Origin: Nitrospirota bacterium
GTDB taxonomy: Bacteria > Nitrospirota > UBA9217
Reading direction: 5' to 3'
NCBI GenBank assembly: GCA_963845065.1
Contig: CAWJQQ010000001.1
Location: forward strand, 1,056,001 to 1,120,000
DNA length: 64,000 nt
A program made the position numbers and the translations under genes. How positions within the stretch are numbered: position 1 is the first letter of the stretch; every line of letters starts with the position of its first letter. Below, one piece after another: positions 11,512 to 20,729 of this stretch. Below the pieces are notes generated by a model. The model saw nothing but the letters and a program-made list of their open reading frames with translations. It did not search any database and was not told the origin of the DNA.

Positions 11512-11865
11512 ATGCCTAGAGCTAAAGGCGGCCCCAAAACGCGGGCCAGAAGAAAACGGGTACTCAACCTGGCAGAAGGGTACTGGGGTGCAAAATCCAA
11601 ACTATTCCGTTCTGCTACCGAAGCCGTTGACCGTGCACTCAAGTATGCATATCGGGACCGTAAGGCCCGCAAGAGGGATTTTCGCAGACTCTGGATCGCA
11701 CGTATCAACGCGGCTGCGCGTTTGAACGGTATGACCTACAGCAGGTTCATGGCCGGCCTCACTAAGAGCGGAGTGGCAATCGACCGAAAGATCCTTGCAG
11801 ATCTTGCAATCAGCGATCCGGCAAGCTTCACGAAGCTTGTTGAGACGTCCAAGACCGCATCATAG
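11512..11865 (+). CDS. rplT: 50S ribosomal protein L20
   Basis: [24 protein letters not shown]. Confidence 0.99.
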   Translation: MPRAKGGPKTRARRKRVLNLAEGYWGAKSKLFRSATEAVDRALKYAYRDRKARKRDFRRLWIARINAAARLNGMTYSRFMAGLTKSGVAIDRKILADLAISDPASFTKLVETSKTAS

Positions 11866-11997
11866 AAGCTGTCTCAGTAAATCTCGACCCGATATTGTCG
11901 GATGCAAAGATAAACATGGGTTAAAAAACAATTTTTCAAAAGCCATCCGAATGTCCGTAAATCGGACCACTGGTTTTGTACAATATTGATTCTCATG

Positions 11998-12024
11998 GGC
12001 CCCGTATCTACGGGGCCTTTTTTT
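11998..12024 (+). terminator. Rho-independent terminator after rplT
   Basis: GGCCCCGTA-TC-TACGGGGCC followed by T7. Confidence 0.85.
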
Positions 12025-12067
12025 GTTGACAATGAAGCGCAATTCGGTTAAAAATCAAGAAGAAATT

Positions 12068-13900
12068 ATGTGGATACGTGGCCGTTCCTGTATCGCGGCC
12101 TTCATGGCTTGCGCCATTCTGCTCCTCCTGTGGACACCAGCATACCCGTCTTATAACACCGAAGCCGGGCGTAAGTATATTATCGCCTGTCAGCGTCTCT
12201 CTGCTCTGAGGAAATCTCCGAAAAAAAAGAGGTATCGTTCCTATTGGATCGATTGCATCCGTACCTTCGAGGTTGTAGAAAAAAAATATCCCAGAAGTCC
12301 GAGCGCAGGGAACGCCTGTTTTGACCGGGCTGGGATTTATCAAGACCTCTATCTCTTCAACAGGCATTCGAAAGATTTGGACGAGTCGCTTCGTCTAAAC
12401 AACAAGTGTCAGGCCAGCTATCCTAAGCATGCCAGAGCGCCTGAAGCGCTTTTCCACATCATCGAGCTTTCGCACGATTACAAAAACAATACCCTGGCTA
12501 ATGAAACATACTCAAGACTCTTGAAGTTGTATCCCGACAGTACCTGGGCGGCAAAGGCAAGCGCGCTTCTCAATCTAACGATACGCAAGAGCAAAAAGCG
12601 TAAGCAGGAACCCGAATTTAGAAAGGTACCCGAGCCGGTAATCGTTGCGGCGGGTAAAGGCAAACCTGAGGGAGTAATAAAAAGCATCCGTTTTTGGTCC
12701 GGAGGCGCATATACCCGGATCGTGATTGACCAAGATAGGGAGGTCAAATTCCAGGCGCAAGAACTGAAAAGACCCGATCGTCTTGTGTTCGATCTTTTAA
12801 ACACGAGCCTCGATACCGCGGTCTATAAAGATCCACTACCGGTGAATGATGGTATTCTAAAACAGGTCCGAGCCAGTCAATATGCACCTGACATAGTGCG
12901 CTTCGTTCTTGATCTGGCAAGCATTAAAAGTTATGTGGCTTTTCCCCTACATGACCCTGAACGCCTCGTTATCGATGTCACTGGTGAAGGGGGAAGAGGT
13001 GGAGAAGCTCGTATGATGAGCGCGGACACTGATACCCAGCAGAAGATCATAAATCCGGTCGAACAGCAATTAGAGTCGAAAAAACAGCTGGAGACAGAAC
13101 CGTTGACGACGGCCCCGCTTTTGCCCAAGATCATTGAACCCCAAAATGCTGATGATCAGAAACTTTCTCTGTCCAGGCAGCTTGGCCTGAAGATCGGGAC
13201 TATTGCTATCGATGCCGGTCATGGCGGACACGATCCTGGGGCGATCGGCAGAAGCGGCTTGATGGAGAAGACGATAACGCTTGACGTAGCGAAACGGCTT
13301 GCTGTTCTTGTGAAAGAGCGGCTCGGGTTAAAAGTGATTATGACCCGTGATAGAGACGTTTTTATACCGCTCGAAGAGAGACCGTTTATCGCCAAATCAA
13401 AAGGTGCTGACCTGTTTGTGTCCATCCATGTGAATGCCAACAGAAAACGGAATACTCGAGGGATCGAAACGTATGTGCAGAGTCTGAGAGCCTCCGACCG
13501 TGAAGCAATGGCAACTGCGGCGCGCGAAAACGCCATGTCTACAAAAAAGCTGAGCGAACTTAAATCCGAACTTGACAGAATTTTTGCAGACCTTACGCGG
13601 GACGATAAGATTGAGGAGTCGCTCTACCTGGCTGATTCAGTGCAAGGCGCACTTGTCAGCGACCTCAAGTCCGTTAACCGCCATGCCGATGATCTTAAAG
13701 CCAGGATAAAGAGGGCATTCTTCTATGTTTTGATTAATACGGAAATGCCGAGTATTCTAGCTGAGATCGGGTTCCTCAGCAACCCTCAAGAAGAAAAATT
13801 ACTCCAACAGGATTCCTATAGGCAGCAGATAGCCGAAGCGTTGTACAGCGGCATTAAGAAATATGTTGAAGCGCGATCGCAACAGGTAACAGCCATGTGA
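12068..13900 (+). CDS. N-acetylmuramoyl-L-alanine amidase (TPR-like + AMIN + Amidase_3); start uncertain
   Basis: Signal peptide; AMIN-like PDRLVFDL and RLVIDV; IDAGHGGHDPGA, SIHVNA, LAEIGFLSN. Confidence 0.93.
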   Translation: MWIRGRSCIAAFMACAILLLLWTPAYPSYNTEAGRKYIIACQRLSALRKSPKKKRYRSYWIDCIRTFEVVEKKYPRSPSAGNACFDRAGIYQDLYLFNRHSKDLDESLRLNNKCQASYPKHARAPEALFHIIELSHDYKNNTLANETYSRLLKLYPDSTWAAKASALLNLTIRKSKKRKQEPEFRKVPEPVIVAAGKGKPEGVIKSIRFWSGGAYTRIVIDQDREVKFQAQELKRPDRLVFDLLNTSLDTAVYKDPLPVNDGILKQVRASQYAPDIVRFVLDLASIKSYVAFPLHDPERLVIDVTGEGGRGGEARMMSADTDTQQKIINPVEQQLESKKQLETEPLTTAPLLPKIIEPQNADDQKLSLSRQLGLKIGTIAIDAGHGGHDPGAIGRSGLMEKTITLDVAKRLAVLVKERLGLKVIMTRDRDVFIPLEERPFIAKSKGADLFVSIHVNANRKRNTRGIETYVQSLRASDREAMATAARENAMSTKKLSELKSELDRIFADLTRDDKIEESLYLADSVQGALVSDLKSVNRHADDLKARIKRAFFYVLINTEMPSILAEIGFLSNPQEEKLLQQDSYRQQIAEALYSGIKKYVEARSQQVTAM

Positions 13901-13970
13901 AATACGGAAGACAGTCAGGTAGTAAAGAGTAGTCGAATTAAGATGAATGACTTAACTAGCCTACTACCTG

Positions 13971-15075
13971 CTATTTACTACCTGTTGTTATTAAGTAGGC
14001 TTCAATGAACTGGTCGATGTCTCCATCCATCACGGCGCTGACATGACCGACTTCCACTCCTGTTCTATGGTCTTTCACCATCTGGTAGGGTTGGAAGACA
14101 TAAGACCTTATCTGGCTGCCCCAAGCAATATCCTTTTTCTCACTGACTAGTTTGCCGAGTTTTTCATCATGTTCTTTCTTCCGTAATTCATAAAGCCGGG
14201 AGCGAAGCACCTTCATGGCAACATTTTTGTTCTTGAGCTGTGAACGCTCATTTTGGCATTGCACTACGATGTTCGTCGGCAGATGTGTGATGCGCACGGC
14301 CGAATCAGTTTTATTCACGTGCTGGCCACCGGCGCTTGATGAGCGGTATGTGTCTATGCGCAACTCCTTTTCATCGATCGATACGTCGATGTTATCCTCA
14401 ACTTCAGGATACACATAGACCGATGCAAAGGAGGTGTGCCTGCGCTTGTTCGCATCGAACGGCGAGATGCGGACAAGACGATGCACGCCTGCTTCGGCTT
14501 TCATCCTGCCATAGGCATATTCCCCGGACATAGTAAAGGTGACGGACTTGACTCCCGCTTCTTCTCCGTTCTGGTAATCCAGGATTTCGGTCTTGTAGCC
14601 TCGCTTCTCGGCCCAGCGAAGGTACATGCGCATGAGCATCTCGGCCCAGTCCTGTGCTTCGGTGCCACCAGCCCCGGGATGGACCGATACGATAGCGTTT
14701 GATGCATCTCGTTCACCTGAGAGCATTGCAGCAACCTCAGCCGAAGCAATGTCTTTCTGGATTACCGCGATATCCTGCTCAAGCTCTACGCGCATGGACT
14801 CGCCGTCTTCTTCGGAGGCGAGTTCAGACATGGCTTCCAGATCGTTCAGCCTCGTTAAAAGAGTGTTCCAGTCTCTCAACGAACGCTCGATAGATGCTTT
14901 TTCTTTTAAAACGGTATTTGCCTTATCGTTATTGTCCCAAAAACCGGTTGTTTCTGTGAGTCGGGTAAGTTCTTCTAAACGAGATTCTTTGGTAGGGGTG
15001 TCAAAGATGCCTCCGCAGGGTCTCCAGCCTGCCTTTGACATTATCGAGCCGCTGTTTGAGGTCTTCTAAAAGCAT
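13971..15075 (-). CDS. prfB: Peptide chain release factor 2 with programmed +1 frameshift
   Basis: SPF and GGQ motifs; ATG at 15075, internal SD-like GGAGG, then CTT TGA C at 15006-15000. Confidence 0.97.
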
Positions 15076-15158
15076 CCACATCTCCCATTATAGAAATTAA
15101 CAGATGCAAATTATACCATAGTGAAAAAAAACAATCAAAGAGAAACAGGAAAAATATT

Positions 15159-15187
15159 TTGACTTTTAATAAATGCTGTGATATAAA
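15159..15187 (+). promoter_or_regulatory. Sigma70 promoter of btuFCD leader
   Basis: TTGACT-N17-TATAAA. Confidence 0.65.
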
Positions 15188-15207
15188 GCCATTACAAAAT
15201 CATTAAT

Positions 15208-15374
15208 AACATCCAGGCTAAGGGAATCCCGTGAAAATCGGGAGTGGACCCGCCGCTGTAATCCCGGCCTCGCGGAAAACGAGGCCGCATGCTACTGTCG
15301 AACATATGCCACTGGCCCGGCCGGACTGGGAAGGCAGACAGAAGAGGGAGAGCCAGAAGACCTGCATGGATGTT
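15208..15374 (+). ncRNA. Cobalamin riboswitch
   Basis: AAGGGAA..CCCGTGAAAATCGGG, CCCGCCGCTGTAA, GCCACTGG..GGGAAGGC, AGCCAGAAGACCTGC B12 box; upstream of btuF. Confidence 0.95.
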
Positions 15375-15424
15375 CTCGCACAGTCTTCGGCGCTAAGATA
15401 ATGTGTGGGTTAATATTTTTTATT

Positions 15425-15460
15425 AATCCCCAGTCTTGCAAGAAGACTGGGGATTTTTTT
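15425..15460 (+). terminator. Intrinsic terminator (riboswitch expression platform)
   Basis: AATCCCCAGTCTT/AAGACTGGGGATT stem plus T tract. Confidence 0.85.
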
Positions 15461-15613
15461 ATATGCCAGACATGACGTTCTTTACTACTGTACAGTCTGG
15501 TCAGGCGTGGTGCCTGACCAGTGACTTGAAGGTGCAAGTAAGAAACGCCGTATACGGAACCGTATATACGGTGGCGTCGGAAGGACGGGGGACGACCCCA
15601 TCTCCTATCCGAT
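15461..15613 (+). mobile_element. Internally deleted group IIC intron remnant (domains V-VI plus degenerate 5' end)
   Basis: DV ACGCCGTATACGGAACCGTATATACGGTGGCGT; DVI GGACGGGG..CCCC..TCCTATCCGAT; starts immediately after a terminator. Confidence 0.8.
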
Positions 15614-15694
15614 TTGTGCATATTCATTAAATCAAAGGGGCTGAAGAGGAACGTTTTTTGCCACAGTTAGACTTTAATAAGTACGGGTTATAAA

Positions 15695-16537
15695 ATGAAA
15701 CGATTTGCGACATTTCTTTTTTTTTCACTGTACATAATTAATAAGTGCTTCGCTGCTGAATCCGCATCTCCGCCTAAACGTATTGTGTCGCTAGCCCCAA
15801 GCATGACAGAGATCCTCTTTGCGCTTGGGTTAGGGGACAACATCGTAGGCGTTACGACGTTTTGCGATTATCCCGAAGAGGCGAAGAAAAAACTAAAAAT
15901 CGGTGGTATGTCTAATCCTTCACTCGAGGCGGTGCTCTCACTCAAACCAGATGTCGTAGTAATGACAACGGATGGGAACCCAAAAGAATTTGAGGAACGG
16001 CTTATCGCGCTGAAGATCAAAACATATGTCTTTGAGGCCCGTACCCTCATTGGGCTTCCGGATGGCATTCGCAGTCTAGCAGATGCATTAGGGGTCAAAG
16101 CGCGCGGAGAACGTCTTGCGAAGTCAATTGAAGATGGGGTCCAAAAGGCGTCAAGAGCAACCTCACGCGTGCATGATCGCGCATTGATAAAAAAGGTCTT
16201 ATTCATCGTCTGGCCCGAACCACTAATCGTAGCCGGCCCCGGTACAGCAATTGACGATGCCATAACACTCTTAGGATATGACAATATTGCATCACGTTCT
16301 GCAACAGCGTATCCAAAATACTCGATTGAGGAGGTCATGCTTCAGGCACCAGACGTCCTCGTCATCGGGAAGGGATCGGGTATGGACATGGTGGCCGTAT
16401 CAAAGGGCATCCTGAGGAGACTAGCGACGGTCCCCGCTGTGAAGAATGGCAGAGTTTGTTATGTGGGGGACGGTTTATACCGTCTGGGTCCTCGCGTTGT
16501 CCAAGGCATCGAGGAGCTTTCTGCATGTCTCAAGTAA
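15695..16537 (+). CDS. btuF: Cobalamin ABC transporter substrate-binding protein
   Basis: RIVSLAPSMTEILFALG, VGVTTFCDYP, VPAVKNGRV; downstream of a B12 riboswitch. Confidence 0.9.
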   Translation: MKRFATFLFFSLYIINKCFAAESASPPKRIVSLAPSMTEILFALGLGDNIVGVTTFCDYPEEAKKKLKIGGMSNPSLEAVLSLKPDVVVMTTDGNPKEFEERLIALKIKTYVFEARTLIGLPDGIRSLADALGVKARGERLAKSIEDGVQKASRATSRVHDRALIKKVLFIVWPEPLIVAGPGTAIDDAITLLGYDNIASRSATAYPKYSIEEVMLQAPDVLVIGKGSGMDMVAVSKGILRRLATVPAVKNGRVCYVGDGLYRLGPRVVQGIEELSACLK

Positions 16538-17490
16538 GAATAGTCATCCTAGTGGTCGTTGCCGTGTTCATCGTATCCTGCTCGGTATTTTTGGGACCGA
16601 GAATCATCATGCCGGTGAATTTGACCGACACAGACCGTGAGATATTGCTTTTCATAAGACTGCCGCGCGTGTTCGTTGCTTTTCTTATGGGCATGGCGCT
16701 TGGCGCATCGGGAGCGCTGCTGCAAGGCATACTGCGAAACCCACTTGCCGATCCTTACATTTTGGGTATATCCAGTGGGGCATCACTTACGGCGGCGCTA
16801 GGAATTATCGGCGGCTTCTCTTTTCTTGGTTCTTTCACCATTCCAGTGCTTGCTTTTGCAGGCGCTGTTGTCACCTGCGGCATCGTGGGTGTGTTGGGAT
16901 GGAAACGGGGCGGACTCTGGCCGGAACGGCTGCTCCTCGCGGGTGTAGGCTTGAGCTTTCTCTTTTCAGCACTTTTGATGCTTATGATGAGCATCTCGAC
17001 CGATGAAGGCCTTAGGCGTGCCATGCTCTGGATCTTCGGCGATTTGTCCATGTCCGAATGGTCCCGCATTCCTTACGGACTGGTCTTCGTCTCTGCAGGT
17101 ATGCTGTTGTCGATAACGAGGGCTAAGGCTTTGAATGCGTTGATCCTCGGCGACGATTTCGCACATAGCCTCGGGTTTTCTCCACAGCGCGAACGAATGA
17201 TCTTCTTTATTTCGGTCGGTTTGATGACCGCTGCGTCGGTTTCGCTCGGTGGCATGATCGGCTTCATTGGCCTTCTTATTCCGCATATCATGCGTTTTTT
17301 TCTCGGTGCAGACAGCAGGCTGCTCATTCCCGCTTCTGCGATAGGTGGCGGTTGTCTTCTCTGTATCGCGGACCTTATTAGCAGGTCCTTGCTTCCACCT
17401 ATGGAACTTCCAGCAGGCGTGGTGACCGCAATCATCGGCGCCCCCTATTTTCTGTATTTGCTCAGGAAAAAAGATGTCTTTAGTATCTAA
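16525..17490 (+). CDS. btuC: Cobalamin ABC transporter permease (FecCD family)
   Basis: RLPR, LRNPLADPYILGISSGA, GFIGLLIPH. Confidence 0.9.
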   Translation: MSQVRIVILVVVAVFIVSCSVFLGPRIIMPVNLTDTDREILLFIRLPRVFVAFLMGMALGASGALLQGILRNPLADPYILGISSGASLTAALGIIGGFSFLGSFTIPVLAFAGAVVTCGIVGVLGWKRGGLWPERLLLAGVGLSFLFSALLMLMMSISTDEGLRRAMLWIFGDLSMSEWSRIPYGLVFVSAGMLLSITRAKALNALILGDDFAHSLGFSPQRERMIFFISVGLMTAASVSLGGMIGFIGLLIPHIMRFFLGADSRLLIPASAIGGGCLLCIADLISRSLLPPMELPAGVVTAIIGAPYFLYLLRKKDVFSI

Positions 17491-18250
17491 ATCAAGAATA
17501 CTCGAGCTTGATCGAGCCTGCTACTCCTACGACCGGAACCGATCGTTCATCCATGATCTATCTGTCACGATCGGCGCGGGTGATTTTATTGGACTGCTCG
17601 GAGCGAACGGTTCCGGTAAGTCGACGATCATGAAACTTGCGAGCGGTATTCTGAAACCGTCGTCAGGGAGCATCATGCTGTGGGGCAAGACTCTCACCGC
17701 AGTGAGCAACCGGGACCGCGCCAAACTGATCAGCTATCTTCCGCAAACACTCGATATCAGCGTTCCCTTCACAGTCAGGGAGCTGGTCAGTATGGGGTTA
17801 TATCCGTACGATATCCCTCCAGCAATGAGCGTTGAGGAGGCGATGGACATAGTCGGCCTGACCGATAAGGCGGAATCGCGCCTCACGGACCTTTCAGGTG
17901 GCGAGCGGAGGAGGACTTTTATCGCCATGACACTGTTACAAGGAGCGGGGCTGCTTCTCCTGGATGAACCGCTCGCTAATCTCGACATAAAATACCAGAT
18001 CGAGCTGGTCAGACTGCTCAAGAAACTGCGCGAAGTAAAAAATATTTCTGTCGTAATGGCCCTGCATGACATTAACATTGCCCTCCAGTTCGAGAAAGTG
18101 CTTCTGATCAAAGATGGCAAAATCATTGGGTCAGGCAGGCCGGATGAGGTCCTGTCGCGAAGCATGCTGAAACAGGCCTTTGATGTGGATATCGAGGTCA
18201 AAAAAACAGGGAGCGATGGTATTTATGTTAGCTTCGAAAAGAATTTTTAG
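17474..18250 (+). CDS. btuD: Cobalamin ABC transporter ATPase
   Basis: GANGSGKS, LSGGE, LLLDEP. Confidence 0.9.
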   Translation: MSLVSKSRILELDRACYSYDRNRSFIHDLSVTIGAGDFIGLLGANGSGKSTIMKLASGILKPSSGSIMLWGKTLTAVSNRDRAKLISYLPQTLDISVPFTVRELVSMGLYPYDIPPAMSVEEAMDIVGLTDKAESRLTDLSGGERRRTFIAMTLLQGAGLLLLDEPLANLDIKYQIELVRLLKKLREVKNISVVMALHDINIALQFEKVLLIKDGKIIGSGRPDEVLSRSMLKQAFDVDIEVKKTGSDGIYVSFEKNF

Positions 18251-18261
18251 GAGGACGCCTA

Positions 18262-18909
18262 ATGTACTGTGCATCCTGGAGCGGAGGCAAAGACAGTTGT
18301 CTTGCATGTTATCGTGCAATGAAGCAAGGAATGAAACTATCACATCTGGTTCATTTCGACCGGCCGAAGAATCTTCACGGAGTCGATCCGGCTATGATAA
18401 AGCTCCAGGCGGATCTCACGGGAATACCGATGATTCAGAGAAAGGTTGCATCCGAAGATTTTGAGCGCGAGTTCAAAAAAACTATCGGAGAGCTCGCGAT
18501 GAGTGGGACAAAAGGCATGGTCTTCGGAGACATCTACCTTGAGCCACATAAAGAGTGGGTCGATCGCGTGTGCTATGAACTCGGCATTGAGCCGGTCGAA
18601 CCACTCTGGGGCATGAAGACGGAGGACATCATTCAAGAATTTCTGAGTATAGGTTTCGATACGATTGTGGCAAGTGGCAACCAGGATCTTATCGACAAAA
18701 AATATATAGGTCACAGGATGGATAGAGAATTTATAGAGCATCTCAAGTCAAAAAAACTTGATGTCTGCGGTGAGAACGGTGAGTTCCATACCTTTGTCAC
18801 GAGAGGTCCATTGTTCCGTGGAAAGATTGAGATCACGGCCTCCGATGTGATAAGCAGGGACGGATTCTGGTTTTTGGATGTTCGGGATTATAAAGTTGTC
18901 AAGCAATAG
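18262..18909 (+). CDS. DUF71/Dph6-family PP-loop ATP pyrophosphatase
   Basis: SWSGGKDS, VFGDI, PLW, CGENGEFHTFV. Confidence 0.9.
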   Translation: MYCASWSGGKDSCLACYRAMKQGMKLSHLVHFDRPKNLHGVDPAMIKLQADLTGIPMIQRKVASEDFEREFKKTIGELAMSGTKGMVFGDIYLEPHKEWVDRVCYELGIEPVEPLWGMKTEDIIQEFLSIGFDTIVASGNQDLIDKKYIGHRMDREFIEHLKSKKLDVCGENGEFHTFVTRGPLFRGKIEITASDVISRDGFWFLDVRDYKVVKQ

Positions 18910-18926
18910 AAAGGCGGTAAAATTCC

Positions 18927-20465
18927 TTGGCTGCTAATTCACTTATGATACAGGGCACTGGCTCCGGTGTGGGCAAGAGCATCATCGTGGCGGGCCTCTG
19001 CAGGATATTTCGGAACGAGGGAGTCAACGTCGCACCGTTCAAAGCGCAGAATATGGCCTTGAACTCCTTCATTACGCGGGAAGGTGGCGAGATTGGCCGT
19101 GCCCAGGCATATCAGGCGGAAGCAGCGCGAGTCGAGCCGTCAGTTGACATGAATCCCGTTCTCTTGAAGGCGACGGGCGAGGCGGGGTGCCAGGTAATCC
19201 TGAACGGCAAAGTCCACGCAAACATGGGAGCACAGGAATACTACGCATTCAAGCAGCATGCGTGGGAAGCCATCACACAAGCATATGGTCGATTATCGAA
19301 GCGGCACGACCTTATTATCATTGAGGGGGCGGGAAGCCCCGCAGAGATCAATCTCAGTAACGACGAGGTCGTTAACATGAGCGTAGCCCGGTATGTTAAG
19401 GCTCCGGTCATTCTCGTCGGTGATATCGATAAAGGCGGTGTATTTGCGTCCTTATACGGGACTATCGCTCTTCTCGATGGAGATGCTGATTATATCAAGG
19501 CATACATCATTAATAAATTCAGGGGCGACCTCGCGATACTACAGCCGGGGCTTGAAATGATACGTGAGAAAACAAACAGGCCGGTCCTTGGAGTGATTCC
19601 ATATCGCGGCGATCTCGGACTGCACGAAGAAGACGGAATCCCGCTAGAACGGCTGCGGTGGTCAGACCATGGGACTCTTCTTGGGCCGAAGTTCAAGATC
19701 GTTGTCTTAAGGCTGAGATACATTTCGAACTTCACCGATTTCGACCCGTTCCTCTATGAGCCGGATGCTGAGATAATTTACTCATTGCGAGATGCCGATA
19801 TCGAGAATGCTGATCTTGTAATCTTGCCAGGATCAAAAAATACTATACAAGATCTGCTTTTTCTGAGGGAAGCAGGCATCGAAAGAAGTATTAAAAGGGC
19901 CGCAGCAAAGGGCATCCCGATCGCCGGTGTGTGCGGCGGATATCAAATGCTCGGGAAAAAAATCTATGATCCTCATGGTGTGGAAAGTCCCCATCGCGAA
20001 GTTGACGGTTTCGGCCTTCTCGACATAGAAACCGTTATGGACAAATCAAAGGTAACAGCCCAGGTTGAGGCGATTTGGAACGCGGTTTATGGAAAGCGGA
20101 TCGCTGAATGGGATAGCAGTAAGGTCCTGCAAGGATATGAGATTCATATGGGTAAGACAACCGGCGATGTAGGATTATTCTCAGTAAAGAGAAACTCTTC
20201 GCATTCCTTCCCCATATCGCTGAACTCTGAACCAATTCATGACGGTTCTGCCAAGGGAAACGTTTGGGGGACCTATATTCATGGAATTTTCGATAACGAC
20301 CTTTTCAGACGTGGTCTCATCAATTTGCTCAGAACAAATCGTGGATTAGCACCGTCGCATGAAGTAATTAATTTTGAAAAAGCGCGTGACTATGCTCTTG
20401 ACCAATGGACGAACCTCTTGCGAAACAGTATCGATATGCGATTTATCAAAGATCTTGTCTCATGA
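18927..20465 (+). CDS. cobQ: Cobyric acid synthase (CbiP/CobQ)
   Basis: QGTGSGVGKS, PFKAQNM, EGAGSPAEINL, ISNFTDF, CGGYQMLG, GYEIH, GTYIHG. Confidence 0.96.
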   Translation: MAANSLMIQGTGSGVGKSIIVAGLCRIFRNEGVNVAPFKAQNMALNSFITREGGEIGRAQAYQAEAARVEPSVDMNPVLLKATGEAGCQVILNGKVHANMGAQEYYAFKQHAWEAITQAYGRLSKRHDLIIIEGAGSPAEINLSNDEVVNMSVARYVKAPVILVGDIDKGGVFASLYGTIALLDGDADYIKAYIINKFRGDLAILQPGLEMIREKTNRPVLGVIPYRGDLGLHEEDGIPLERLRWSDHGTLLGPKFKIVVLRLRYISNFTDFDPFLYEPDAEIIYSLRDADIENADLVILPGSKNTIQDLLFLREAGIERSIKRAAAKGIPIAGVCGGYQMLGKKIYDPHGVESPHREVDGFGLLDIETVMDKSKVTAQVEAIWNAVYGKRIAEWDSSKVLQGYEIHMGKTTGDVGLFSVKRNSSHSFPISLNSEPIHDGSAKGNVWGTYIHGIFDNDLFRRGLINLLRTNRGLAPSHEVINFEKARDYALDQWTNLLRNSIDMRFIKDLVS

Positions 20466-20533
20466 AGGAGGTAATGGATATATTAAATAATCAGGAAATC
20501 AAGCAGTGATATACCTGGGTACGAAGAATAAAA

Positions 20534-20703
20534 GGGAATGACGAAGCGGAAGGGGGTGCGAATCCCCAGCTGTCGCGCAACTGTGATGGAAACGAAAGCT
20601 GCAAATACCACTGGATGATCGTGCAGACTGTTTGAACGTTATAGACGGGATTCCGGGAAGGCAGGCGAGTAGGCAGTCCTAAGCCAGGAGACCTCTCATT
20701 CCC
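20534..20703 (+). ncRNA. Cobalamin riboswitch
   Basis: P1 GGGAATGA/TCATTCCC; GGTGCGAATCC, GCAACTGTGA, CCACTGG..CCGGGAAGGC, AGCCAGGAGACCT. Confidence 0.93.
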
Positions 20704-20729
20704 AAAACCTCGAATGAAGGAGAATTGAT

